Positions 29,225 to 38,999 of a stretch of DNA of 64,000 bases are shown here, in pieces; the first letter of the stretch is position 1; each line of letters begins with the position of its first letter. The notes beneath the pieces are model-generated. The model saw only the letters and a list, made by a program, of their open reading frames with translations. It did not search any database and was not told the origin of the DNA. The stretch comes from an uncultured Bacteroidota bacterium (lineage in GTDB: Bacteria; Bacteroidota; Bacteroidia; Bacteroidales; WCHB1-69): contig OW818690.1 of the NCBI GenBank assembly GCA_942493315.1, forward strand, positions 2,759,275 to 2,823,274, written 5' to 3'. Made by a program: the position numbers and the translations under genes.

Positions 29225-30232
29225 ATGAGCCATTTATTTATAAAAAACGTTAATGATAGATCTATATACTATCTAAACTTTTACAAATCTGTATCATTTC
29301 TTTTTTTAGGCTTATTTTTAATATCTCTTGTTTGCTGTACTGAAGAGGAAAATTACAATGCTCTTATAAAAATTTCAAAAATAACTGATATAAAACAGTT
29401 TACAGCAAAATGCGAGGTTGCTTTTCAATCAGAAGATGATTTAATTGTTTTTAAAAGGGGTGTTTGTTGGAATAGTTTTGCAAATCCCACAGTTAATGAT
29501 AATAATATTCAAAATGGTGATGGTAATGGATCATTTACTATTCAACTTTCCGGTTTATCGATTGGAACAACTTATTATATTCGAGCTTATGCACTTACAA
29601 ACGAAGGAATTATTTATAGTCAAACCGTTCGTTTTTCAACAATTGGATCTCATTTTACAGATCCAAGGGACAAATATTCATACAAGATTTTAACCATAGG
29701 TAATCAAATTTGGTTAGGAGAAAATCTCAGATATTTACCAAAAGTTCATTCAATGAGTAGACTCTCCATAGATAGTGCCTGTTATTATGTAAATGGTTAT
29801 AATGGTCAAAATTTAGATTCAGCCAGACAAAATTATAACTACCACACATATGGGGTTTTATACAATTTTAAAGCAGCTTTAAGTGCTTGTCCTATAGGAT
29901 GGCATTTACCTTCTAATGAAGAATGGGAAGAATTAGCTGATTCTTTGGGTGGAAGAACCATTGCTGGTGGTAAACTAAAAGAGATGGGATATGAACACTG
30001 GAGCTATCCGAATGTGGGAGCCACTAATTCAAGTGGATTTACAGCATTACCCGGTGGGTTTAACATTAATGCTGAATATACATTAATCAACAATTTAGGA
30101 CAGTGGTGGAGTTCAACCGAATATAGTACATCTTTAGCAGAACATCAGTATCTTTTCTATGAATATGAACGATTTCATAATTCAATTTCGAACAAATCAA
30201 CCGGGAATTCTGTTCGATGTATAAAAGATTAA
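29225..30232 (+). CDS. Lipoprotein with a Fibrobacter succinogenes major paralogous (FISUMP) domain
   Basis: Lipobox-like LISLVCC. C-terminal FISUMP signature (GVLYNF..A..ACPIGWHLPSNEEWEEL...GGKLKE...SSGFTALPGG...WWSST...SVRCIKD). Confidence 0.8.
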   Translation: MSHLFIKNVNDRSIYYLNFYKSVSFLFLGLFLISLVCCTEEENYNALIKISKITDIKQFTAKCEVAFQSEDDLIVFKRGVCWNSFANPTVNDNNIQNGDGNGSFTIQLSGLSIGTTYYIRAYALTNEGIIYSQTVRFSTIGSHFTDPRDKYSYKILTIGNQIWLGENLRYLPKVHSMSRLSIDSACYYVNGYNGQNLDSARQNYNYHTYGVLYNFKAALSACPIGWHLPSNEEWEELADSLGGRTIAGGKLKEMGYEHWSYPNVGATNSSGFTALPGGFNINAEYTLINNLGQWWSSTEYSTSLAEHQYLFYEYERFHNSISNKSTGNSVRCIKD

Positions 30233-30316
30233 TTTATGTAAACATCTAAAGTGTCATATCAGTTTTTTTCTTATTTTTGTAGCTATGTTTTTTAGAAATA
30301 ATTAATTTTTGCTAAT

Positions 30317-32326
30317 ATGAAAGAAAAAGAGTTACAAGAGGAACTTTCCGAAATTAAACTGCCTGAAAATGCTTATACTGAGCTACATGAAGGTGAAGAG
30401 TACAAACCCATTCTTTTAGGAACTAAAAAATATCCTGAAATAAATGTTTGGTCTGTGACCTGGGGAATTATTATGGCTGTCATTTTTTCTGCAGCTACAG
30501 CCTATTCCGGATTAAAATTTGGTCAGGTTTTTGAAGCAGCTATCCCAATCGCGATTATTGCTGTGGGTGCTTCTACCCTTGCTAAAAGAAAAGGGGCTTT
30601 ATCTGAAAATGTGATCATTCAATCTATTGGAGCTAGTTCAGGAGTGATTGTTGCCGGTGCTATTTTTACGTTACCTGCAATTTATATTATCAAAGAAACA
30701 AACCCTGTTTTAGGTGCTGAAATTCAAGTTAGCTTTTTCCAGATCTTCTTTGCTTCCCTTTTTGGTGGATTCCTCGGAATTATGTTCCTGATCCCTTTCA
30801 GAAAATATTTTGTTGGCGATATGCATGGTAAATATCCATTTCCTGAAGCTACTGCTACAACTGAAATATTAGTTTCAGGAGCTAAAGGCGGCAATCAGGC
30901 TAAATTATTAATTGTTAGTGGATTAGTTGGTGGATTATTTGACTTTTTTGTTAGTACATTCAAATTTTGGGCCGAAGATATTAGTACCAGAATGACCGGT
31001 TGGGGTGAAAAATTAGCTTTAGATTACAAGTTTGTATTCAAAATGAATGCCGGATCGATTTTACTGGGGACAGGTTATTTGATTGGATTAAAATACGCTA
31101 TGATTATTTGTGCCGGATCATTACTTTCCTGGTGGTTTATTGTTCCACTTTTAGGAAGTTACGGGGTTACAGGTGATGGGATTTTAATGAGTACGCTCGA
31201 TCCTGAATTGATTTTCAAAGGATATGTTCGTTATATCGGTATTGGTGGAATTGCAATGGCTGGTATTCTTGGAGTAATAAAATCTGCAGGTGTCATTAAA
31301 AAATCTTTAGGTGTTGCTTTCAAAGCAGGTAAAGCAGGTGCTGAAAATCAAAATAGTGTTTTAAGAACACAAAAAGATATTTCTATGAAGATCATATTAA
31401 TTGGATTCGTAGTTGTTTTAGCTTTATTAGGTGTATTTTTCTTTTTTGGAGGTATGGAAATGAATATGACCCAAGTTTTAGTTGGCATTTTAGTCATTTT
31501 CATTTTTGCATTTTTATTTACAACAGTTGCTGCTACGGCAATCGCTACTGTAGGAACAAACCCTGTATCAGGTATGACCATGATGACCTTGATTTTATCA
31601 TCCTTCATTCTTTCAATGGTTGGATTAAAAGGGGGTACAGGAATTGTAACCGCATTAGTAGTGGGTGGTATTGTTTGTTCTGCTCTTTCCATGGCAGGTG
31701 GTTTTATCACCGATTTAAAAATTGGGTACTGGATTGGAACTTCCCCATACAAACAACAAGCACTAAAATTTTTAGGCACTTTGGTTTCAGCTTTGACTGT
31801 AGGTGCTGTAATTATGATATTATCAAAAACTTACGGATATGATCCATCAAAAGGTGGTTTGGTTGCTCCACAAGCAAATGCTATGGCTTCCATTATTCAA
31901 CCCTTAATGTCAGGTGGTCAAACACCTTGGATTTTATACATTATTGGAGCCGTATTAGCCTTATTATTAGACCGATTAAAAATTCCTGCATTAGCGTTTG
32001 CTCTAGGAATGTTCATTCCTTTACAACTAAATATTCCATTACTTGTAGGTGGAGCTATTGCCTGGTTTGTTGGAAGTAGAAGTAAAGATGAAGAGATCAA
32101 TAAATTGAGAAAAGAGAAAGGAACCTTACTTGCATCCGGATTATTAGCCGGTGGCGCCATTATGGGTGTAGTAAGTGCGATTTTAAAATATGCAAATATT
32201 AATCTTTCTACCGGTATAATTTACCAAAGCTCCGATTTCTTCTCTGTTTTAGCAGTGATTGCATATATTGGGTTGGTAACTTACTTAATTATTCACTCTT
32301 TTAAAGTAAAAAAAGAGAACATTTAA
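30317..32326 (+). CDS. OPT family oligopeptide transporter
   Basis: 669 aa polytopic membrane protein whose N-terminal region is typical of bacterial OPT transporters (EYKPIL...TWGIIMAVIFSAATAYSGLKFGQVFEAAIP). Confidence 0.8.
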   Translation: MKEKELQEELSEIKLPENAYTELHEGEEYKPILLGTKKYPEINVWSVTWGIIMAVIFSAATAYSGLKFGQVFEAAIPIAIIAVGASTLAKRKGALSENVIIQSIGASSGVIVAGAIFTLPAIYIIKETNPVLGAEIQVSFFQIFFASLFGGFLGIMFLIPFRKYFVGDMHGKYPFPEATATTEILVSGAKGGNQAKLLIVSGLVGGLFDFFVSTFKFWAEDISTRMTGWGEKLALDYKFVFKMNAGSILLGTGYLIGLKYAMIICAGSLLSWWFIVPLLGSYGVTGDGILMSTLDPELIFKGYVRYIGIGGIAMAGILGVIKSAGVIKKSLGVAFKAGKAGAENQNSVLRTQKDISMKIILIGFVVVLALLGVFFFFGGMEMNMTQVLVGILVIFIFAFLFTTVAATAIATVGTNPVSGMTMMTLILSSFILSMVGLKGGTGIVTALVVGGIVCSALSMAGGFITDLKIGYWIGTSPYKQQALKFLGTLVSALTVGAVIMILSKTYGYDPSKGGLVAPQANAMASIIQPLMSGGQTPWILYIIGAVLALLLDRLKIPALAFALGMFIPLQLNIPLLVGGAIAWFVGSRSKDEEINKLRKEKGTLLASGLLAGGAIMGVVSAILKYANINLSTGIIYQSSDFFSVLAVIAYIGLVTYLIIHSFKVKKENI

Positions 32327-32351
32327 ATTTAAAATTAAAGAATTCTAAATT

Positions 32352-32969
32352 ATGCATATAGCAATTGCCGGAAATATCGGATCAGGAAAAACAACATTAA
32401 CCGGAATGTTAGCCAAACATTATGGATGGGAACCACAATACGAAAGTGTGGACAACAATCCATACCTTGCCAGTTTTTACGAAGATATGCAAAGATGGTC
32501 TTTCAACTTGCAAATCTATTTTTTAAATTGTCGTTTCAGACAGGTTACAGAAATCAGAAAAAAGAAAAAAGATATTGTACAAGATCGTACTATTTACGAA
32601 GATGCTTACATTTTTGCACCCAACTTACACACCATGGGATTAATGCCCACACGTGATTTTGAAAATTACTCTTCGTTGTTTGAGTTGATGTCACAATTTC
32701 TTCAAGCTCCTGATTTGCTTATTTATCTAAAAGCTGATGTATCCACTCTGGTATCCCAGATACAAAAAAGGGGACGTGAGTACGAAAGTTCTATTCGTCT
32801 GGACTATTTGCAACATTTGAATGAACGTTATGAAGAGTGGATATCCAAATATACTGCAGGAAAATTATTGATTATTGATGTTAATACCATTAAATTTGGC
32901 GAAATACCTGAAGATTTTGGAATCGTAATTGATAAAATTAACGCTGAATTGTTTGGGTTATTCAAATAA
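32352..32969 (+). CDS. Deoxynucleoside kinase
   Basis: P-loop IAIAGNIGSGKTTL, DRTIYED and the lid region. 205 aa. Confidence 0.85.
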   Translation: MHIAIAGNIGSGKTTLTGMLAKHYGWEPQYESVDNNPYLASFYEDMQRWSFNLQIYFLNCRFRQVTEIRKKKKDIVQDRTIYEDAYIFAPNLHTMGLMPTRDFENYSSLFELMSQFLQAPDLLIYLKADVSTLVSQIQKRGREYESSIRLDYLQHLNERYEEWISKYTAGKLLIIDVNTIKFGEIPEDFGIVIDKINAELFGLFK

Positions 32970-32978
32970 AAAAACGGC

Positions 32979-33707
32979 ATGAGAAAAATCGGAATCATTC
33001 CTGCCAGATACGGGTCAACACGTTTTCCGGGAAAACCATTGGTTAAGATCTTTGAAAAACCGATGATTCAACATGTTTATGAACGTGCATCTGAATCCAG
33101 ATTGGACTTGGTATTTGTGGCCACTGATAATGAAGACATTTACAATTGTGTTCAGCAATTTGGTGGAAATGTTGTCATGACTTCCGCTGAACACCCTTCA
33201 GGAACAGATCGTTGTGGGGAAGCTGCTCAACTCATAGGAGCTGAAAATTCTGATATCATCATCAATATTCAGGGGGATGAACCATTTATTCAGAGTGAAC
33301 AGATTGATAATCTGATTGATCTTTTTGACCATTCTGAAGTTGAAATTGCCACTTTGGTAAAACCAATAGATTCATTAGATGATGCAAATAATCCTAATAA
33401 AGTTAAAGTTGTTTTTTCTTCTGATTATAAAGCCCTTTACTTTAGCAGATCCCCAATTCCCTATCCGAGAGAAAATGTAGCTGCATCTTTTTATAAACAC
33501 TTAGGAATCTATGCATATCGTTATTCTGTCTTACAACAATTAATAAAATTACCCGTTTCTTCATTAGAAAAAATTGAAAAACTGGAACAACTCAGATGGT
33601 TGGAATCCCATTTTTCCATTTATGTTTCTATAACTCATCACGAAAGCGTTGCCATCGATACTCCTGAAGATCTTTTAAACATTGAACATTTGAATCATAA
33701 AATATAA
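32979..33707 (+). CDS. kdsB: 3-deoxy-manno-octulosonate cytidylyltransferase (CMP-Kdo synthetase)
   Basis: IIPARYGSTRFPGKPL, HPSGTDR, IQGDEPF and LEQLRWLE motifs. Confidence 0.92.
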   Translation: MRKIGIIPARYGSTRFPGKPLVKIFEKPMIQHVYERASESRLDLVFVATDNEDIYNCVQQFGGNVVMTSAEHPSGTDRCGEAAQLIGAENSDIIINIQGDEPFIQSEQIDNLIDLFDHSEVEIATLVKPIDSLDDANNPNKVKVVFSSDYKALYFSRSPIPYPRENVAASFYKHLGIYAYRYSVLQQLIKLPVSSLEKIEKLEQLRWLESHFSIYVSITHHESVAIDTPEDLLNIEHLNHKI

Positions 33708-33711
33708 CACC

Positions 33712-35085
33712 ATGATTATAAATAGTATCATCAGGTTTTTTCATACAGATAATGAACTAACCATCAATAAATTAGGCAAATTTACTAAAAAACATATTGC
33801 ATCGCAATTGGAAGGTGGTCAAATTTTTCCACCTAAGGTTATTTTAGAGTTTGAATATAATGAAGATATCAATGGGTTTTCGTTTGTTGATAAAATATCT
33901 CAATGGGAGTCACTTCGGTTATTAGATGCTGATGATCAAGTTACTAAATGGGTAAAAGAATTAAAAAACGCCATTCAAAATAACAAAAGTGTTAGTTTTG
34001 AGAATTTTGGAACATTCTATATGAATCCAACCGGGGTTATTTGTTTTGATTCTGATATCATCAAGGAATTGAACAGTGAATATTACGGTATGGCACCGGT
34101 TCCGTTGAATAAGACGGGAGACGGGAGACAGGAGACGGGAGACGGGGGAATTCAGATTACGGACAACGGACTACAGACTATGGACGAGGGTATTCAGACT
34201 GCGGACAACGGACTACAGACTACGGACGAGGGTATTCAGACTGCGGACAACGGACTACAGACTACGGACGGGGGACTGGAGACTGGAGACGAGGGAGTAC
34301 AGACTGCGGACAACGGACTACAGACTACGGACGAGAGACTGGAGACGGGAGACGGGAGACAGGAGATTGGAGACGGGAGACAGGAGACGGGAGACGGGAG
34401 ACAGGAGACGGGAGACGGGAGACGTGAGATTGAGGACGACGGACTACAGACTACGGAAGAGGTTGAGGAAGAAGAAAAAGAAGAGGTTTTTATGCCGGTT
34501 AAAAAGAGAAAAAATAGATGGTTGGAGAGGCTCATTTTTATTTTGATTATTTTGGGATCAATCGGATTGGTTGCTTATCTTTTTAGATCTGATATAAAAA
34601 AATTCTATGATCAAAAATTTAATAAAAATAATCAGGTGGAAACCCCTACCCCTCAAGCTGTTGCGGTTGATACAAATATGGATGAATATATTGACTATGA
34701 AGCAGATTCTTTAGAAAATTCAAACTCTGCTACTAATACTTCAGAAGAGATTACTAATCCAACAGTTTCTAAAGTTGAGACAACAAAAAATTCAAATAAT
34801 TCCAATACAACAACAAAACCTGTTCAAATTGAAACAAATCAAAATGGAAGTAAAGATATTTCCTCCATTTCATTTGAAAAAGGGAAATTTTATGTTATTG
34901 CAGGTAGCTTTGGTAAAAAAAGTGATGCGATACAACATATCAAAGACAAAAAGTTAACACAATACAATCCTGTTCTTCTGGTTGGAGATTCAAGAGTCAG
35001 AGTTTGTATTGGAACCTATAAAACAGAAGCTGAAGCAACTGCTTTTGCTAAAAAAATTGATCAATCCTTTTGGGTATTAAAATAG
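33712..35085 (+). CDS. HU-like N-terminal domain / TM / SPOR-domain protein with an internal repeat-encoded low-complexity region
   Basis: C-terminal SPOR-like domain (GKFYVIAGSFGKKSDAIQHI...VRVCIGTYKTEAEATAFAKKI). Central TM segment (LIFILIILGSIGLVAYL). The Gly/Asp/Thr/Gln-rich region is encoded by heptamer repeats. Confidence 0.7.
   Translation: MIINSIIRFFHTDNELTINKLGKFTKKHIASQLEGGQIFPPKVILEFEYNEDINGFSFVDKISQWESLRLLDADDQVTKWVKELKNAIQNNKSVSFENFGTFYMNPTGVICFDSDIIKELNSEYYGMAPVPLNKTGDGRQETGDGGIQITDNGLQTMDEGIQTADNGLQTTDEGIQTADNGLQTTDGGLETGDEGVQTADNGLQTTDERLETGDGRQEIGDGRQETGDGRQETGDGRREIEDDGLQTTEEVEEEEKEEVFMPVKKRKNRWLERLIFILIILGSIGLVAYLFRSDIKKFYDQKFNKNNQVETPTPQAVAVDTNMDEYIDYEADSLENSNSATNTSEEITNPTVSKVETTKNSNNSNTTTKPVQIETNQNGSKDISSISFEKGKFYVIAGSFGKKSDAIQHIKDKKLTQYNPVLLVGDSRVRVCIGTYKTEAEATAFAKKIDQSFWVLK
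34113..34456 (+). repeat. Heptamer tandem repeats (GGAGACG, GGACTAC, AGACTAC and others) embedded in frame within a CDS
   Basis: Read directly. The units match the intergenic arrays at 12603 and 29019. The translation shows 7-aa periodic strings (GDGRQET, DNGLQTT). Confidence 0.9.
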
Positions 35086-35091
35086 TAAATC

Positions 35092-36042
35092 ATGGACATT
35101 TCAATTGTTATTCCTTTATTAAATGAAGAAGAGTCGCTTCCTGAATTAATGGGATGGATTAAAAAAGTAATGGATGAAAATCATTTTAGTTATGAAGTGA
35201 TGTTTATCGATGATGGTAGTAAGGACAAATCATGGAGTGTTATCCAAGAGCTTCAAAAAGAGAACAATTCAATCAAAAGCGTAAAATTCAGAAGAAATTA
35301 CGGAAAATCTGCTGCCTTAAATGTTGGTTTTCAAAGAGTTTCAGGAGATGTCGTGATCACAATGGATGCAGACCTTCAAGATAGTCCTGATGAGATTCCT
35401 GAATTGTACAGAATGATCAAAGAAGAGAACTATGACATTGTATCCGGTTGGAAAAAAGTGAGATACGATTCAAAAATAGCAAAAAACATTCCATCAAAAG
35501 TATATAATTGGACAGCACGTCAAATGTCAGGAATCTATTTACATGACTTTAACTGTGGACTAAAAGCCTACCGTTTAGAGGTAGTAAAAACGATTGAAGT
35601 ATATGGGGAAATGCACCGTTATATTCCTGTAATTGCAAAATGGGCTGGTTTTGAGCATATTGGTGAAAAAGTTGTAATTCATCAAAAAAGAAAATATGGA
35701 GTTACTAAATTTGGATGGAATCGGTTTATCAATGGATTTTTAGATCTGATGTCTATCACTTTTACTTCAAAATTTGGTAAAAAGCCGATGCATCTTTTTG
35801 GATTATTAGGAACATTATCATTTATAATTGGTTTTATGTTAACGCTTTATGTTATTATAGTTAAAATGATACATGTTATCAATGAAACAACCTATCGGCA
35901 AATCACTGACCAACCATTATTCTATTTAGCACTATTAGCGATGGTTCTAGGAACACAACTATTCTTAGCCGGATTCTTAGGAGATTTAATCGCCAGAAAT
36001 GCCGGTGATCGGAATCAATACATTATTGAAAAAGACATTTAA
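35092..36042 (+). CDS. Glycosyltransferase family 2 (polyprenyl-phosphate sugar transferase, GtrB/DPM1-like)
   Basis: ISIVIPLLNEEESL, IDDGSKD and DADLQD motifs. Two C-terminal TM segments. Confidence 0.85.
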   Translation: MDISIVIPLLNEEESLPELMGWIKKVMDENHFSYEVMFIDDGSKDKSWSVIQELQKENNSIKSVKFRRNYGKSAALNVGFQRVSGDVVITMDADLQDSPDEIPELYRMIKEENYDIVSGWKKVRYDSKIAKNIPSKVYNWTARQMSGIYLHDFNCGLKAYRLEVVKTIEVYGEMHRYIPVIAKWAGFEHIGEKVVIHQKRKYGVTKFGWNRFINGFLDLMSITFTSKFGKKPMHLFGLLGTLSFIIGFMLTLYVIIVKMIHVINETTYRQITDQPLFYLALLAMVLGTQLFLAGFLGDLIARNAGDRNQYIIEKDI

Positions 36043-36043
36043 T

Positions 36044-37162
36044 ATGAAAATCTGTATTGTTGGACCTGCACATCCATTGAGAGGTGGGTTGGCTTCTTTT
36101 AATGAAAGATTAGCTACTCAGTTTCAAAATGAGGGACATGAGGTTCAGATTATAACATTCAAACTACAATACCCCAAATTACTATTTCCAGGAAAGACAC
36201 AATATTCGAATTCTCCAAAACCGGAACATTTGAATATTGATATGCTGATAAACTCAATCAATCCTTTAAATTGGATTCAAATAGGTAAAAAAATCAGATC
36301 TTCAAAACCAGATTTAGTGATTATTCGATATTGGACCCCTTTTATGGCACCCTGTTTAGGAACCCTTGGAAGACTGGTAAAAAGAAAGGATAAAACAAAA
36401 GTGATCTGTTTAGTGGATAATCTCATTCCTCACGAAAAGCATTTTTTTGATACGTTTCTAACCCGATATTTTGTTAAAGGTGTAGATGGATTCGTCACTA
36501 TGAGTCAATCTGTTTACGATGATGTCGCAAATTTAAAAACCAGGAAACCGATCAAATTAACTCCTCATCCTATGTTTGATAATTTTGGATCACCTGTTGA
36601 AAAAGAGGAAGCATTAGAAAGGTTGAATCTGAATCCAAATTTTAGGTATTTGCTCTATTTTGGATTTATTAGAAGTTATAAAGGATTAGATTTATTAATT
36701 GAAGCATTTGGAAATGAAAAACTAAGATCCTTTCCATATAAATTGATCATTGCAGGAGAATTTTATGAAGACTCCACTCCCTATTATGAGTTAATTAAAA
36801 AAAACAAAATCGGAGATTATATTGAGTTAAGGACTGAATTTATCCCCAATCATTTAGTTGCAGATTATTTCAGTGTAGCAGATTTAGTTGTATTACCATA
36901 CAAGGATGCCACTCAGAGTGGTGTAACACAAATAGCATATCACTTTAAAAAGCCCATGTTAGTAACCAATGTAGGCGGACTACCGGAAATCGTTATAAAT
37001 GGAATTAGTGGCTATGTAGTGGAACCTAAAGTGGAAGCTATATCAGAAAAATTAATTGAATTTTGTTCTAAGGAGAACCCCAATCTATTTAATAATGGAA
37101 TTGAGCAGGAACGGAAAAGATTTGAATGGAATAAAATGACGGAGATTTTTTATTTGTTTTGA
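36044..37162 (+). CDS. Glycosyltransferase family 4
   Basis: MKICIVGPAHPLRGG start 1 nt after the upstream stop. C-terminal GVTQIAYHFKKPMLVTNVGGLPE motif. Confidence 0.75.
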   Translation: MKICIVGPAHPLRGGLASFNERLATQFQNEGHEVQIITFKLQYPKLLFPGKTQYSNSPKPEHLNIDMLINSINPLNWIQIGKKIRSSKPDLVIIRYWTPFMAPCLGTLGRLVKRKDKTKVICLVDNLIPHEKHFFDTFLTRYFVKGVDGFVTMSQSVYDDVANLKTRKPIKLTPHPMFDNFGSPVEKEEALERLNLNPNFRYLLYFGFIRSYKGLDLLIEAFGNEKLRSFPYKLIIAGEFYEDSTPYYELIKKNKIGDYIELRTEFIPNHLVADYFSVADLVVLPYKDATQSGVTQIAYHFKKPMLVTNVGGLPEIVINGISGYVVEPKVEAISEKLIEFCSKENPNLFNNGIEQERKRFEWNKMTEIFYLF

Positions 37163-37200
37163 TTAGAGGGGGTTTGGATTTTGATTTGGGGGATCTTTAT

Positions 37201-38758
37201 CCGACGGAGCACTCATTGGGTAATCTAATAAATGATGGGTAAAAAATTTAGTAAATTGTTTATTCATTGAAAGATATGAAATCTACTGATTTTGCATCCT
37301 TGTTTCACCAACCTTTTAATAGATTACCTAAATGAAAACCCAAATTTGAAATCTATCACCCATTTGACAACTCCAAAATCAAACCAAATTCTAAATTTAG
37401 CTCCTCTAAAATTAATCCAAATCTTCCTAAAATCAATCAGACTTTAGCTACAAACAAACCAATATTACCATTTTTAAATTAAATGGTTTTTTAATAACTT
37501 ATAAGATTATTTATTGTTTATACAAACATTTTGCAATGTTTGTAGTTTTCTTTCCCATTGTTGATTGAGATCGATTTTTCAATCATAGCAGATGAGGGAT
37601 CTAATCTGAATTTGATCTGTTCAAAGATCATATACCAATACAGATAGTTTTGCAGATAACTGGAGGATACTCCATGAAACCGATCCATAAATGCAATTAA
37701 CTTCAGGTATCTGCTTTCAATCGTTTTTGTATCATAATATTGGTTACATCCTTTCACTTTCTGATCCTTTTTTCTAATAAAGTAGCTGATCTTTCTCTTT
37801 CCTGCAAATTGTTTAAGAATCGGATGATCACTCAAACATAGTTTTTTTACTTTGTTTAGTTTTTTTCCAAGATGGTTCTTTAATTCTTCTTCTTGTAATG
37901 CACCTTGTTGAATAATTGTGATTTCAAAATGGGATATTCTGTCACCAATAGCCACTAAAGAAAGAGGTTTGTATTCCCCATTTCGGATACTTTCTGCTTT
38001 TCTATTACAGGCAGGATTCGTTATCTTTCCTTTTTGTCCTATTTGTTTAGCTTTGGCTCCTTGACCCTTTCGGGAGAAAGGTTCTGAAATATCAATCATT
38101 TCCGTTATTCCTCGATATTTATCCGGGACATATTCACCCAGAGAGGATATAATTTTATGTCTCCAATCAAATGAAGTTTGGTTAGAGATATCCAATGCAT
38201 CAGAACAATCTTTGATTCCTGTTCCTGATAACATCAACAAGAAGTAGGATTGTAGTTTCTCCTTCTTTTTGATGTAGGAAATTGTAGTACCTGAGAACTC
38301 ATTAAAGCTTCTGCCACAACTCTTACAAAGGAAATATTGAACTCCTTTTTTCTTACCGTTTAGAATAAAATGTGATTTTCCACATTTAGGACAAACTCTG
38401 ACTTGCTTCTCACTGATATACTTACATATAGAAGCCAAAGGATTAACAAAACTCTTTTTTTGGGGGGTAACTTCAGCAGATGGTGAGGGTTGAACTGAAG
38501 TAGGGTCAATGGTTTGCTTAGAGGATTGGGGTAGATCATTCATAGTATTTTGAGTTTAGTGAGTACTTGATATTGATGCAAATATAAACAAAAAAATGAA
38601 CGAATTGCAACAAAAATAAAAAAAAATCTGCTAATCTAATAAAAGATTGGTGCTATTGTGATGCAAAATCACAAGACTATAAAAAAGTGTTTAAAATCAA
38701 AAATATACCGAAAAACTCACCCATCTTTTAATAGATTAGCCAATTAAAGCTCCGTCGG
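37201..38758 (-). mobile_element. IS-like unit: IS1595-like transposase gene bracketed by inverted AT-hairpin modules of about 130 bp (M6 37201-37328, M7 38630-38758)
   Basis: The outermost 10 bp are perfectly inverted (CCGACGGAGC ... GCTCCGTCGG), followed by an extended imperfect inverted repeat through ATTGG-TAATCTA-TAAA-GATGGGT. No target-site duplication was recognised. Confidence 0.55.
37518..38543 (-). CDS. IS1595-family-like DDE transposase with an N-terminal zinc ribbon
   Basis: CPKCG...x18...CKSCG zinc ribbon. C-terminal HGVSSSYLQNYLYWYMIFE resembles the IS1595 (ISXO2-like) conserved end. A TATATTTG -7 box lies on the minus strand at 38579-38586. Confidence 0.6.
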   Translation of the reverse strand: MNDLPQSSKQTIDPTSVQPSPSAEVTPQKKSFVNPLASICKYISEKQVRVCPKCGKSHFILNGKKKGVQYFLCKSCGRSFNEFSGTTISYIKKKEKLQSYFLLMLSGTGIKDCSDALDISNQTSFDWRHKIISSLGEYVPDKYRGITEMIDISEPFSRKGQGAKAKQIGQKGKITNPACNRKAESIRNGEYKPLSLVAIGDRISHFEITIIQQGALQEEELKNHLGKKLNKVKKLCLSDHPILKQFAGKRKISYFIRKKDQKVKGCNQYYDTKTIESRYLKLIAFMDRFHGVSSSYLQNYLYWYMIFEQIKFRLDPSSAMIEKSISINNGKENYKHCKMFV

Positions 38759-38771
38759 ACAGTAAACCCCC

Positions 38772-38981
38772 GCATTAGGGCGAAGGCCAGGTACCCCGCA
38801 AGTTGAGCTGCTTAGGGCCTGACGGATCGGGCAGAGCGACGAAGGAGCTACTGCCCGGCCGATCAGACCCTTGCAGCGAAACGAGGAGTACAGGCCGGAG
38901 ACCGACCCTTTGGCCAGCGACGCGACTATTATTCATATTGGTCTGGATTTTTATTGAGCGCAGCCAAAGGGGAATGCCCTA
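38772..38981 (-). repeat. GC-rich structured element, copy C (reverse orientation)
   Basis: The reverse complement aligns along its length with copy A (47564-47770). It has the same CCTTTGGC...GCCAAAGG stem and a compensated CGGGCAG...CTGCCCG hairpin. Confidence 0.85.
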
Positions 38982-38999
38982 AATAACTAAATTTGAAAT

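Noticed and set aside
34236-34535. Antisense 99-aa ORF inside the SPOR-domain gene
   Set aside because: It is open only because the heptamer repeats lack stops in several frames. The sense frame carries recognisable flanking domains.
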